Assembly (NCBI GenBank): GCA_964016885.1
Contig: OZ024749.1
Location: forward strand, 44,268,001 to 44,332,000
Origin: Eledone cirrhosa
Lineage: Eukaryota
DNA length: 64,000 nucleotides
Direction of reading: 5' to 3'
How positions within the stretch are numbered: the stretch's first letter is position 1; every line of letters starts with the position of its first letter. Under the pieces are notes generated by a model. The model worked only from the letters and a program-made list of their open reading frames with translations, was not told where the DNA came from and searched no databases. Made by a program: the position numbers and the translations under genes. Below are positions 31,887 to 44,861 of this stretch, one piece after another.

Positions 31887-32076
31887 GAGGTGATGACAGT
31901 GGGAGTTCGGCTCTTCCGTCTTCGGACACATTGCACCTATCATGTGCATCATGTGATAATTCATTATTACCAACTCATTTGGCAGTGGATTGGCAGTATC
32001 GGTAGAGAGTCGGACACCGTGCTTTGTAGCATAGAGTTACGGCCCTTTGTGATCTGAGTTCAAATCCTGCCGAGGT
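31887..32076 (+). repeat. Inverted duplicate of 31313-31502 (CRE 3'UTR plus S2 head junction)
   Basis: ~190 bp with only a few substitutions. Confidence 0.92.
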
Positions 32077-32621
32077 TCTTCTGTATAAAGAGGTTACCTT
32101 GTGGTCATAGGAAGGGGACCTCAATTGTATATGGTAACTATAACTTTATCATGATGTTTCTAGATACAGCAGAAGGATCTTTTAATGTTGGGTTTATATA
32201 TAGATTGCCCAGGATTTCATTGTCAGAATGACAGGAATGATGGTAAAAAGCTTCTATGGCGGAGATGTTGCCTACTTTATAATATGTGTAAGTGTGTATA
32301 TATGTGTGAGTGTGTATATAATATAGTGTGTATATAATATAGTGTGTATATAATATAGTGTGTTTATAATATAGTGTGTTTATAATATAGAGTGTATATA
32401 ATAGAGTGTGTATATAATATAGACATATATATATATGCACATCTATATATATGTATGTGTGCTTGTGTTGTCACATTTGCATAATGTAATTAAATGTATA
32501 TATATATATATATATATATATCTTGTAGCTATGTATGTATTTATATAAAAAAAAGTTACTTTTATACAATAAGTGACATAGAAAGTCTTATTACATACGC
32601 CACGCACACAAATATATATAT

Positions 32622-32655
<34 letters not shown>

Positions 32656-32665
32656 ATAAATTAAA

Positions 32666-32716
<51 letters not shown>

Positions 32717-32814
32717 CATACATATACATATATATATATACATATATATGTATACATATATATATATGTATATATATATGTATATATATGTATATATATG
32801 TATATATATGTATA

Positions 32815-32935
<121 letters not shown>

Positions 32936-34038
32936 GTATATATATATATATGTATATATACATATATTTATACATACTCCCATCACTATTATACCATCAT
33001 ATCACCACAGCATCTTATAATAATCTAAGTCATTTTATCATTTTTTTTGTCCATCTTTTATGCTTTTTATTTCTATTATCGCAATTGACGAATAATCACT
33101 TTCTACACACACATACATACCTGCACACATTCATATATACATACATACGTACATACATATATACATACATACGTACATACATATATACATACATACGTAC
33201 GTACATACATATATATATACATATATACATACATACATACGTACATATGTACATACATATATATATACATACATACATATATACATACATACGTACGTAC
33301 ATACATATATATATACATACATACATATATACATATATACATACATATATACATATATACATACATACGTACGTACATACATATATATACATATATACAT
33401 ACATACATATATACATATATATATATACATACATATATACATACATATATACATATATACATACATACATACATATATACATATATACATACATACGTAC
33501 ATACATAGATACATATATACATACGTACATACATACATACATACATTTATACAAACATACATATATACATACGTACGTACTTTCATACATACATATATAC
33601 ATAAATACATACGTACATACATACGTACATACATACATACATACATACATACATACATACATACATACATACATACATACGCTCTCACTCTTTCCAGACC
33701 TCCAAAACACATATTCCTGCATACATAGATAGATATGTACTCACTCTTATCAGAGCCCCCACAAAAAAACAAACAAAATACACACACACACACATATATA
33801 TATACATATATATATATACATACATATATATACACACACATATATATATAAATAAATATATACACACACACACATATATATATATACACACATCAGTGCG
33901 TGTGTGAGGGGAAATTGGCGTCTGTCGTGTCTTCTTTGATCTCATTTATTGTCATATTGTATAAGAATTTTTTTTCTCTCTCTCTCTCTCTCTCTCTACT
34001 ACATCCCTCCTCAAGCCCCCCTACTCTTTCTCTCTCTC

Positions 34039-34079
<41 letters not shown>

Positions 34080-34481
34080 CAACACTCCCTCAACTTCTTC
34101 TTCCCTTCCTCCTTCTCTCTCTCTGACCCTCAATAGTTTCTTACAATGAAAAGAAAAATATTAGTCATATTAGTAATAATAATAATAATAATAATAAGGA
34201 TAATGACAACAATAATACCACTAATAATAACAACAATAACTTCAATATAATAACGGACGTAAAATATAAATTGCTATTTTTGTGTCTTCAATTTATGGCA
34301 AGATTAGGATAAGTTGGTCTTTGATTTTTTTTTTTATTCCAAAGTAAGAAAAGAGAAAAATAAAAAAAAAAATAAAAATTAATGACGATGATGATGATGA
34401 TGATGATGACAAGCTACTATTACTAATAGTATTATTACTAATACTACTATTACTAATGCTACTATAACTGGTGATCATAAT

Positions 34482-34894
34482 GATTTCTTTATTAACCACA
34501 AGGGTTTACATAAAGTAGACATTAAGGACAGTGCAGGACAATGCAGGACGGTACAAATGGGCATTTCTGCGTGTAAAAAAACAAAAACAGAGGATGTAAC
34601 AAAAATAACAATGAAAATAACAATGAAAAATTCCCCAATAGGGGGGAGACTTCGGAGGGACATTTGTGGAGAAAGCCCAGTAAAAAGCCACAATGACCCT
34701 GACCACCAAGGCAAGTGCCCTCTCCCAGTTTTCCACCTTTAGTTTACAGATATATACTCAGAGTCGGCCCATTCACTCGGGCCATTCTTGCTTCTCTCAC
34801 CCATCTTTCAACAAAATGCTGGGAAGAGAGCACTTCCTTCTCTACTCTGATTTTCCTTTTCAAATGAAATTTGAAAAAGTCAATCAGAGCATCA
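34482..34894 (-). mobile_element. Tx1/L1-like LINE 3' fragment with 19-bp TSD
   Basis: Minus translation ALIDFFKFHLKRKIRVEKEVLSSQHFVERWVREARMARVNGPTLSIYL* is homologous to the end of ORF 39605-40228; TSD tataactggtgatcataat at 34463-34481 and 34895-34913. Confidence 0.88.
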
Positions 34895-35082
34895 TATAAC
34901 TGGTGATCATAATACTAACTAACAATGTCTGCTTGTCGTATTTGATTGAGAGAGAAAAATAAAGAAACTTCCACAGTAAGACTAAAAAAATATTGAAAGT
35001 TCGATCTTAATAATGCAAAGATATTCACAGTTGATTGTATACCCCCCTCTTTCTCTCTGTTTCTCTCTTTTTCTCTCACTCT

Positions 35083-35166
<84 letters not shown>

Positions 35167-35225
35167 TGAGTGTGTTCTGTTATTAATTCTGGCAATATTA
35201 CACAAATATGACCCTCCCCAAGTAT

Positions 35226-35286
<61 letters not shown>

Positions 35287-35320
35287 AAAGAATAGAGGTG
35301 TAACACACGAGTTATGATAT

Positions 35321-35630
35321 ATTGGTAAAAGGAAAAGAAAATGCTGACAAATTGTTCCCAGTTAAAAATAGTTTAATTAGGAATAAGTAAAAATTAGTAA
35401 TAAGTATTGGTTAGTATTCAGTTTTGGTTTTAACTTTTTACCGGTTGCGCATTTCTAATGCTTTTCAAAAATAATTTTGAGATAGAGCCCCCGTGATGTT
35501 TGCTCTAATTTAAAAACTTAAAACTAAAACTGAATACTAACCAATACTTATTATTAATTTTTACTTATTCCTAATTAAACTATTTTTCACTGGGAACAAT
35601 TTGTCACCATTTTCTTTTCCTTTTACCAAT
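35321..35630. mobile_element. Fold-back element with ~115-bp inverted arms
   Basis: attggtaaaaggaaaagaaaatg... / ...cattttcttttccttttaccaat-(AT)n. Confidence 0.85.
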
Positions 35631-35634
35631 ATAT

Positions 35635-35726
<92 letters not shown>

Positions 35727-35755
35727 GCATTCACACACACACATATATATATACA

Positions 35756-35791
<36 letters not shown>

Positions 35792-35871
35792 CATGTGTTT
35801 TAGAAATGACGAGCGTAATTTGAAATTTGTGAGAAAGTTAAGAGCTTCATAGAATTTATTTTACTATAGAA

Positions 35872-35961
35872 AATAATCTAAATAATAGGGCATATAAGCT
35901 CCCTTAGAGAAGGGACATTAGCACCGTTGAAGGGGCTTATATACCCTATTTCTTAGATTAT

Positions 35962-35962
<1 letters not shown>
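35872..35962. repeat. Small fold-back abutting (TA)n
   Basis: aataatctaa..aatagggcatataagc / gcttatataccctatt..ttagattatt. Confidence 0.7.
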
Positions 35963-35992
<30 letters not shown>

Positions 35993-36208
35993 GTGAAGGC
36001 GTGTGGCTGAGTGGTTAGAGAATTGGATTCGCAATCGTAAGGTTGCGAGTTCGATTCCTGGACCAGGCGATGCGTTATGTCCTTGAGCAAGACACTTTAT
36101 TTCACGTTGCTCCTTCTACCAGGAGTTGCGACCGATAGATAGTATTAGCAATTGGAAAGACCAACGGAAACATTGTTCCCTCGGTCCGATTTGACGAAAG
36201 TCGATCGG
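35993..36208 (+). mobile_element. SINE S1 (full length)
   Basis: A-box tggctgagtgg, B-box gagttcgattcc, conserved tail. Confidence 0.93.
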
Positions 36209-36540
36209 TAAAATATATATGTGTGTGTGTGTGTGTGTCTGTGTGTCTGGGTGTATAAAGTACTCACCACGATTGGCCAATTGCGGGTTGGTGAGGTTAT
36301 TTAACATATGGTTGGGGTGGATGGCCGTTGATACCCTTTAACAGCTTTTGTCTTTTGTTTTGTTGCTGGGGTTCCACTTAACCTCATAACCAGACCAGAG
36401 TCTAGTAGAGGAGCAGGTTTAGTCGCTGACTACTCAAAGATGAAACAGCTTGTACTGGGTTACATAGTACCTAAACCAAACAGAAAGCTGAAGGGTTCCT
36501 CCAGCAGAAGTGAGAAGACCCTGATTTGGATTGGATTGGA

Positions 36541-36845
36541 TATTTATATATGCGTTTATGTGTGTGTATTTATATTTATATATGCGTTTATGTGTGTGTA
36601 TTTATATTTATATATGCGTTTATGTGTGTGTATTTATATTTATATATGCGTTTATGTGTGTGTATTTATATTTATATATGCGTTTATGTGTGCGTATTTA
36701 TATTTATATATGCGTTTATGTGTGTGTATTTATATTTATATATGCGTTTATGTGTGTGTATTTATATTTATATATGCGTTTATGTGTGTGTATTTATATT
36801 TATATATGCGTTTATGTGTGTGTATTTATATTTATATATGCGTTT
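36541..36845. repeat. 32-bp minisatellite (tatttatatttatatatgcgtttatgtgtgtg), about 9-10 units
   Basis: Direct. Confidence 0.95.
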
Positions 36846-37377
36846 AAGTGTTCATATCACCAACAACTTCAGGAATGGGTGGGGACAGGGCAGCTGCCAA
36901 GAATATGTGTGCATGTGTGGGATTAAAGTAGTGAAGTTTTGAATAAGTGTTAGGAAGTGCTAATGGAAGTGAAAGGGTATGTCAGGTCACTTTGTAATCG
37001 GCATGTTGGGTCTTCTTCAGAATTACGTAGCACCACCCCTCGCTGTCTTTAATAATTTCAGGTGTAAGGTTTCGCTTTCTATGGTCAGTCCTTACAACTT
37101 CATCAAGACCCTGATTTGGATTGGATTGGATATTTATATATGCGTTTATGTGTGTGTATTTATATTTATATATGCGTTTATGTGTGTGTATTTACTATTG
37201 ATAGTCGATTGAATTAATACTTAGTACCTTAGTAGAGATTGATATATTATTTATTCTAGTCAAGCTTGAGTTTGTTAATCTGGAGTTTCTACTGTATTCA
37301 CACAGAGGCGTTTGGCAATCCCGCGAGGACAGGAGAGAAACTTCAGCGTAATAACAATCTGAAAGTTTAATAAAGAA

Positions 37378-37452
<75 letters not shown>

Positions 37453-37567
37453 GTATGTGTATGTGTGTGTGTTTCGTTCTGTAGAGGGAAATACAATAAT
37501 GTAGTATATATAAAATGGTAAAAGTTTCACGGATAAGATTGAGAAAAGAATAATGTAATCGTAACCA

Positions 37568-37612
<45 letters not shown>

Positions 37613-37615
<3 letters not shown>

Positions 37616-37671
37616 TTAATATAGATGAGATTCTACAGGACTAGAACTGTTTCATTCTTTAGAAATCATCA

Positions 37672-37674
<3 letters not shown>
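37613..37674 (-). mobile_element. Family B remnant in (TA)n
   Basis: Reverse complement atcCTGATGAtttctaaagaatGAAACagttctagtcctgtagaatc. Confidence 0.8.
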
Positions 37675-37715
<41 letters not shown>

Positions 37716-37757
37716 GTGTGTGTGTATGTATATATATATGTATATATATATAAATAC

Positions 37758-37859
<102 letters not shown>

Positions 37860-38214
37860 CCATGTATATTGTTTTCAAGCTGGAATACTTGTTCATGGTA
37901 TACTGGATGTTTTCTACAATTTAGTTAAGTTCTATATGAGACGCTCGCCTTAGTAACGACCAGAATGTTACAATACCAAACTACTCTCTCTCACTCTCTG
38001 TTTCTCTCTCTCTCTGTAGATCTGTCTCTCTCCCTCTCTGTGGATCTGTCTATCTCTTTCTAGATCTGTCTCTCTCCCTCTCTGTGAATCTGTCTCACTC
38101 TCTCTGGCTCTCGCTGTGACGCCCTCTCTCTCTCGGTCACTCTCTCTCACTGTCACTCTCTTTCTCTCACTCTCTCTCTCTGTGGCCCCTTCTCTCTCAT
38201 TCTCTCTCTTTCTG

Positions 38215-38251
<37 letters not shown>

Positions 38252-38411
38252 GGATCACTCCTCTCTTTCTTTCTCTGTGGCCCTCTCGCTCCGTCTGTGG
38301 CCTCCTTCTCTCTCTCTCTCTCTGTAGTCTTCTCTCTTTCTGAGACTCTTTCTCTCTCTCTCTAGGGCCCTCTCTCTCTCTCCTTCTGTGGCTCTCTCTC
38401 TCTCCTTCTGT

Positions 38412-38476
<65 letters not shown>

Positions 38477-38879
38477 GCTCCCTCACATTAATTCTTCACC
38501 TTGCGTGAAAATGAGGTGGACCGAGCGAAGTATTCATTCGTTCGGTTCTTTACGTTTGCTCCATATTCTCTTTGATGTTGGCCATTTGGCTTGGCTATAA
38601 AAACAAAAAACCCATTTCCATCTAGCTTTAAATAAGTAACGATAACTCTGTACAAGTCACAGCATAACAAACACCATCACCCTCACCATGACCATCACAA
38701 ACAACAATAACAGTACAAGACATACAACAACAGACATAACAACTGTAAGCTTCTTTCACATGTCTTTTTTTTTTTTCTGTCTCCATTGTGACTCGGTTCA
38801 ACCCTGATGCCGTCGAGTTATGATCAAAGAGGTGGAAATCAGTATTCAGTGATTATTCTAATATGTAATGACTTGTAGA

Positions 38880-38927
38880 TATCATCATCATCTACAGCAT
38901 CATCATCATCATCATCATCATCGTGTT

Positions 38928-38960
<33 letters not shown>

Positions 38961-38992
38961 GTCATGTTATTGTCATTATTGCCATGTTATCG

Positions 38993-39025
<33 letters not shown>

Positions 39026-39251
39026 CTAGGATACCATCATCATCATCATCATCACCATTTTATCATCATCATCATGTTATCCTTGTCACCATGTTATCGT
39101 CATCATCCCCATGTTATCATCATCATCATCATCACCATTGTATCATCATCATCATCATCATTATGATATCATCATCCTCATCATGATATTGTCATCATCG
39201 TCATGATATCACCATGATCATCATCATCATCAGCATCACCACCACCATGTT

Positions 39252-39285
<34 letters not shown>

Positions 39286-39310
39286 CCATGTTTTCGTCAT
39301 CATCATCGTC
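38880..39310. repeat. (CAT)n degenerate tract
   Basis: Direct. Confidence 0.95.
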
Positions 39311-39414
39311 GAAATCATTATTATTGTTTAGATTCGGTAGATGAGGTAAAGATGTTTGAGTATTTAACATTATTCCAATCACCGAAATCGATACATCTGT
39401 CTGCTATCTATCTA

Positions 39415-39494
<80 letters not shown>

Positions 39495-40495
39495 CGAGAA
39501 AACTGGGCGCCTGGCACACCGAGTGTGCCCAGGCGCTCACGGCTCTCTGACAGGCGGACCCGGCTGTCAGTGGAGAATCCACCTCGTCATTCTATAGAGG
39601 GCTGGTGGTTAGCAGGTGCGACGATGCCCTCGGAGAAGCCCTAGGCATGGAGGAAGACGAACTGGCCAACCTGTTCGGTAGGACATTCAGCCCGGGACCC
39701 ATGGATAACTTCCAGAGGTCCCTGGCCTGGCAATGCTACAGAAGGGCTCTGCCCGTTCGAGAAAGGCTCTACAGACACGGGCGCCCGGGTAGGGACCCAT
39801 CGAAAAAGGTCTGTCCCAGATGCGTGTGCGACGAGGAAACCGTTGCACACGCATTGGTACACTGCTCGGGCATTGCCGATCTGTGGGGCTATGTCGAACA
39901 ACTGCTGTCAAGGGTGGGACCGATCCGGTTGACCACCGAGTCTATTGTAACGATCAAGCCGCCTCCCCTCTTCAAAAACGAAGGAGAGGCGGTGTTTCTG
40001 TACGTAATAGCCATGGCGAAAGAGGTTGTATGGTGGACGCGTCTGAAAGGACTGAGGTCAGACACCTTTCTCTCTGGCCAACAACTGGTCCGTTTCTTCC
40101 GATATCATTTCGGAAGAAGGATCAGGATGGAGAGAGAGGTGCTGCACCCCAGCCGTTTCTATGAAAGATGGGTGAAAGTGGCGAGAATGGCCCGTGTGAA
40201 TGGGCCTTCACTCTACATCAGACTATAGGTGAGGAAGATGAAAGACCAAGGGAGCACCCCTTCTCTGTGCTCCTGAGGAGAAGGGTTGCACACTTTTTTT
40301 GGGGGTGTGTGCGACCCCCCAAGGCGCCTCTTCTCTATTGAGGACTTTGTTATAAATTTTATTTTTTGTTATATTTTATTTTATTTTTATATATTGTTAT
40401 TGCTTCCTCCTTATTGAGGACGCCTTGTTTTGTAAACTCCCCCCATTGTACTTGTCCCACTTTTGATGCCCTGGTGGCAAATAAAAGAAACATAT
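39495..40495 (+). mobile_element. 5'-truncated Tx1/L1-like LINE inserted in (TATC)n
   Basis: GC-rich ~1 kb island, ORF2 C-terminus, 3'UTR ending aataaaagaaacatatctatc; (TATC)n on both sides. Confidence 0.88.
39605..40228 (+). pseudogene. Truncated LINE ORF2 C-terminus with zinc-binding (zf-RVT-like) CCHC motif
   Basis: AWQCYRRALPVRERLYRHG...CPRC...EETVAHALVHC...LW. Confidence 0.85.
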
Positions 40496-40544
40496 CTATC
40501 TATCTATCTATCCCTTCATCTCCATATATAGGCACAGACATACA

Positions 40545-40672
40545 AGTTTATCCCGGGTTAAATCGGGGGTAACCACAGTAAGTAAAGCACACAATACAAA
40601 GCAGAGTATAAATATTTCATATAGAAATGGCTTCTACAGGTCTAGAACTGTAGAAGCCATTTCTATATTAAA
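40545..40672 (-). mobile_element. Family B element with short fold-back
   Basis: Family tail plus atatagaaatggcttctacag-gtctagaa-ctgtagaagccatttctatat. Confidence 0.8.
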
Positions 40673-40786
40673 TGTATGTATGTATGTATATACACACACA
40701 CACAGACACACAGACACACAGACACACAGACACACAGACACACAGACACACAGACACACTCACACACACACACTCACTCACTTACG

Positions 40787-40831
<45 letters not shown>

Positions 40832-40866
40832 GTAGACATAAACACAAATTCTTATAATAAACAGAT

Positions 40867-40917
<51 letters not shown>

Positions 40918-41409
40918 GTAGACATAAACACAAATTCTTATAATAAACAGATTATATATATATATGTATATATATGAGTATAAATATTATCATTATTATT
41001 ATAATAAACAGAATCAATTTATAAGAATCATAATTGAAATTATACCATACACTGCTCCTCAATGCAACAACTAAACTGGCAGAGTAACAATTGTTTTCTA
41101 TAATCCTGACCTTAACAACAAACAAACACCTTTATATTGTTAGTCTATTATTTCCATTGTTTTCATTGTTATATCCTATTCATTTCTAACGATGTTTCTA
41201 TCTCTGTTCGTCTGTCATCTATATCCAGTCATAAAGCTTACTGTTCTTACTATGTTTCTCTAGAGGATGGTCTCTGTACTAAAACAGGAGTTTATCATTT
41301 ATTTATGAGTTATGTTGACCTTATTTATATTAGTATTCCTGCGGCGGTTTACAATTGATTATATGGTATTTTGTCAAATTCGATCCTGTAGACATGTTTG
41401 TACACACAC

Positions 41410-41466
<57 letters not shown>

Positions 41467-41599
41467 TATAGGGTGTGTGTGTATGTATATATCACGCACG
41501 CACACTCACTTATTTAGTGTGAATATATTTGTATATATATTGTGTATGTATATATAACTAAGTATACATATATAAATATCTATATCTATGTATATATAT

Positions 41600-41646
41600 A
41601 GTAATAATAATTACGAAGACCAAAATCCGAAGAGGGCTCAATAAGT

Positions 41647-41648
<2 letters not shown>
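41600..41648. repeat. Family D ~50-bp (TA)n-embedded repeat (also 50701-50735, 55612-55664, inverted 61219-61268)
   Basis: tagtaataata...gaagactaaaatccgaagagggctcgataagga. Confidence 0.75.
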
Positions 41649-41683
<35 letters not shown>

Positions 41684-41872
41684 GTTATTCCGGGTTGAAT
41701 CGGAGGTAACCACAGTAAGTAAGGTACTCAATACATAGCAGAGTATAACAGTTTTAATATAGATGAGATTCTACAGGACCAGAACTGTCTCACTCATTAG
41801 AAACCATCAGGAATCCTGATGGTTTCTAATGAGTGAGACAGTTCTGGTCCTGTAGAATCTCATCTATATTAA

Positions 41873-41876
<4 letters not shown>
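41684..41876. mobile_element. Family B fold-back element
   Basis: ~62-bp inverted arms centred on catcagga-a-tcctgatg; core degenerate (CTGATGG...GAGAC) in both arms. Confidence 0.85.
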
Positions 41877-41906
<30 letters not shown>

Positions 41907-42286
41907 AGAATAGAAATGGCTGTGTAGTTGCACTTTAAGGTAACTTAAAATGCAGTGGGAATACGAAGAAAGAAAGAACGGGGGAGGGGGGGGGGTCCTC
42001 ATCAGTTGTCTACTGGGGTCTCATATATTTCTACGCTTTAAAGACAATATATCTACCGCACAGAGAGTCAATAACTGGATAAGTTATTGGGAAAACGGAG
42101 GAGGGAGGGAAGGAAAGGAAAAGGGAAGAAAAGAGAAAACAGTAAAAAAGCAGCGAAAAACAACAACAAATCAAATTAGACAATATAATAAAACAACTTC
42201 TGATCTTCAACCATACGTCCTGATCCTGGATGTCCAAAGATATCACAAATAACAAAAACCTAATCCAAGTTTCAAGTTTCGGTTTT

Positions 42287-42378
<92 letters not shown>

Positions 42379-42404
42379 TATATTATATATATATATATAT
42401 ATAT

Positions 42405-42849
42405 TATTGTTATACTTTGGGAGGGTCATGTTGCCAATAAGAAACACACGCACCAGTTGCTTTCACTTCAATTTAATTTATTAAATATTTATAAATTTAC
42501 AAATTTATAAATTTCTGGTTGGTTGGTTGGTTCCACAACCAGATAGTTGTTTATATATATATAGTCATAGTTCTTTCGTCACACACTCTGTGACCTCTTC
42601 AGTGACTGGGGATTTCGTTCTTCGTTTCTGTGTCTTTCCTTTCTTCTATCCTACGCCATTTTGTTTGTGTGTGGGTTGCGTGCTCAGTTTGCGCATGCGC
42701 CACATCCGGGTGTCTGTGTGTGTTTGTGTTCATTTTTCTATTTATCTATTTATATTTTTCTATTTGTTTGTTTATTTATTTATTTATTGTTGGTTGGTTG
42801 TTTGTTCTATGTGTTATTGGCAACATGACCCTCCCAAAGTATAACAATA
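42405..42849. mobile_element. Non-autonomous element with 36-bp terminal inverted repeats
   Basis: tattgttatactttgggagggtcatgttgccaataa and its exact reverse complement at 42814-42849; partial relative near 35205-35230. Confidence 0.75.
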
Positions 42850-43028
42850 TCGGTTTCAACACACGATTTCAGATAAAGAATCTTGCTAAACAAATTCAGA
42901 AACGAAATATATATATTATATTATATATTATATTATATTATATATATTATATTATATATTATATTATATTATATTATATTATATTATATTATATTATATA
43001 TATTATATTATATTATATTATATTATAT

Positions 43029-43086
<58 letters not shown>

Positions 43087-43093
<7 letters not shown>

Positions 43094-43218
43094 TGAGCAA
43101 GACACTTTATTTCACGTTGCTCCTTCTACCTGGAGTTGCGACCGATAGAGAGTATTAGCAATTGGAAAGACCAACGGAAACATTGCTCCCTCGGTCCGAT
43201 TTGACGAAAGTCGATCGA
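43087..43218 (+). mobile_element. SINE S1, 5'-truncated
   Basis: Core and tail match. Confidence 0.9.
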
Positions 43219-43284
43219 TTCAATCTATATATATATATATATCCATCTATTTATCCATCTATCTACTTATCTATCTATCGGTTA

Positions 43285-43395
43285 ATTTTTAAATTGCATT
43301 TGTGATAGTATTTTACACGTTTTTATTGTATGTAAACTTCCCCCTTTGTATTTGTCCCCTTCTTTTGTGCCCCTGTGGCTAATAAAGAAACATAT
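43285..43395 (+). mobile_element. Tx1/L1-like LINE 3'-UTR remnant in (TATC)n
   Basis: tgtaaacttcccc...ttgtcccc...gtggctaataaagaaacatatctatc resembles 40430-40500. Confidence 0.7.
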
Positions 43396-43767
43396 CTATC
43401 TACCTACCTACCTACCTACCTACCTACCTACCTACCTACCTACCTACCTATCTATCTATCTATCTATCAATATATTCAGACATGTATGAAATTATATGTC
43501 AAATTTAATGTGCTGTGACCCTTAATGGGTCGTTGAATATGTGTAGTAGAACAGGTCTTCCTGTAATGTTTTGAAGTCAGCCCAGTCTTGTGAATACCAC
43601 CGGAAATCGCTGTTATGACAATAGAATCAATTGGATATCGATCTTGTATCAGAAATACGGCTCTCATTGAGTTTCCCTTTTGTGCTCCGACACTCACACG
43701 CATACACACAAACAACCGATCACACACTCATACTCATACACGTCCACATACAAATACACAATCGGTT

Positions 43768-43814
<47 letters not shown>

Positions 43815-43817
<3 letters not shown>

Positions 43818-43948
43818 AGAGAGTCAAGACCCCGACGGCTGAGCTTCGGCCGTTTCAACAGCTAGATCCGAACTCTACTACCCTAAGTCTAAGTGTCGAG
43901 TACTCTGGTGCGTAATGGTCCATTATGTTTCTTACCACACTTTCTTTG

Positions 43949-43950
<2 letters not shown>
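43815..43950. mobile_element. Family A element: inverted ribozyme half joined to forward tail
   Basis: gaccccgacggctgagcttcggccgtttc (minus) then ctctactaccctaag...ctttgtt-(AT)n (plus). Confidence 0.8.
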
Positions 43951-44022
<72 letters not shown>

Positions 44023-44135
44023 AGTCTGCGATACTGAGACCAAGTATACCCCTGAAAAGACTTGCTGAACACTCAAGCCAAAACCGCTTGGCGCCGCAGT
44101 CTGGATTACATCTCTCTCTCTCTCTCTCTATCTAT

Positions 44136-44366
44136 CTAAGGCGGGTAAAATTCCTGAGATCCATGGACGAGTTCTCTCCAGCGGTCTCTGTCCCTCATTA
44201 TCGCTGGCATGTCCTGCGTCTCCAACAGACCAGTGTCTGGCCTTAGGGCATCAACATACGTTAACCTTGGTCTTCCTCTTCTAGTGTGTCCATGTAGGGG
44301 CTCCCAAAGGAGCACTGAGTGCAATGTCAACTCTAGATGTCGGTGAGCATGTCCAGCTAACCTCAG
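44136..44366 (-). mobile_element. RTE/RTE-X-like LINE 3' fragment
   Basis: RLRLAGHAHRH..SVLLWEPLHGHTRRGRPRLTYVDAL..DTG...MRDRDRWR. Confidence 0.85.
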
Positions 44367-44408
<42 letters not shown>

Positions 44409-44471
44409 GTATGTGTGTGCGCACGGTATTTTACCCAATTTTCTCAACTACTATTTTAAGTTGACGACTAT

Positions 44472-44861
44472 TGGTGGATTGGCAGTATTGGTGAAGGGAC
44501 GGACGCCATGTTTTGCAGCATAGAGTTACGACCCTTTACACTCTGAGTTCAAATCCAGCCGTGGTTATCTTTGCCTTTCATCCTGAAGGGGTCGATAAAA
44601 TAAAGTAACAGTAATGTACTGGGATAATTGCTGGCCTTTGTGCCAAAAATGGAAACACTTATTATAGTAATAGGGCGGTGGCTTGGCAGTATCGGTAGAG
44701 GGGCTGACGCCATGCTTTTCAGCATAGAGTTACGACCCTTTACGGTCTGAGTTCAAATCCGGCCGAGGTTAACTTTGCCTTTCATCCTTACGGGGTCGAT
44801 GCAATAAAGTACCAGTAATGTACTGGGGGAATTGCTGGCTTTGTGCCAAACATAGAAACAA
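44472..44861 (+). mobile_element. Two tandem full-length SINE S2 copies
   Basis: Second copy flanked by 14-bp TSD ttattatagtaata (44659-44672, 44862-44875). Confidence 0.92.

Noticed and set aside
35993-36065. tRNA genes at SINE heads
   Set aside because: A and B boxes are present but there is no complete cloverleaf, and each continues into a SINE core; multiple diverged copies.
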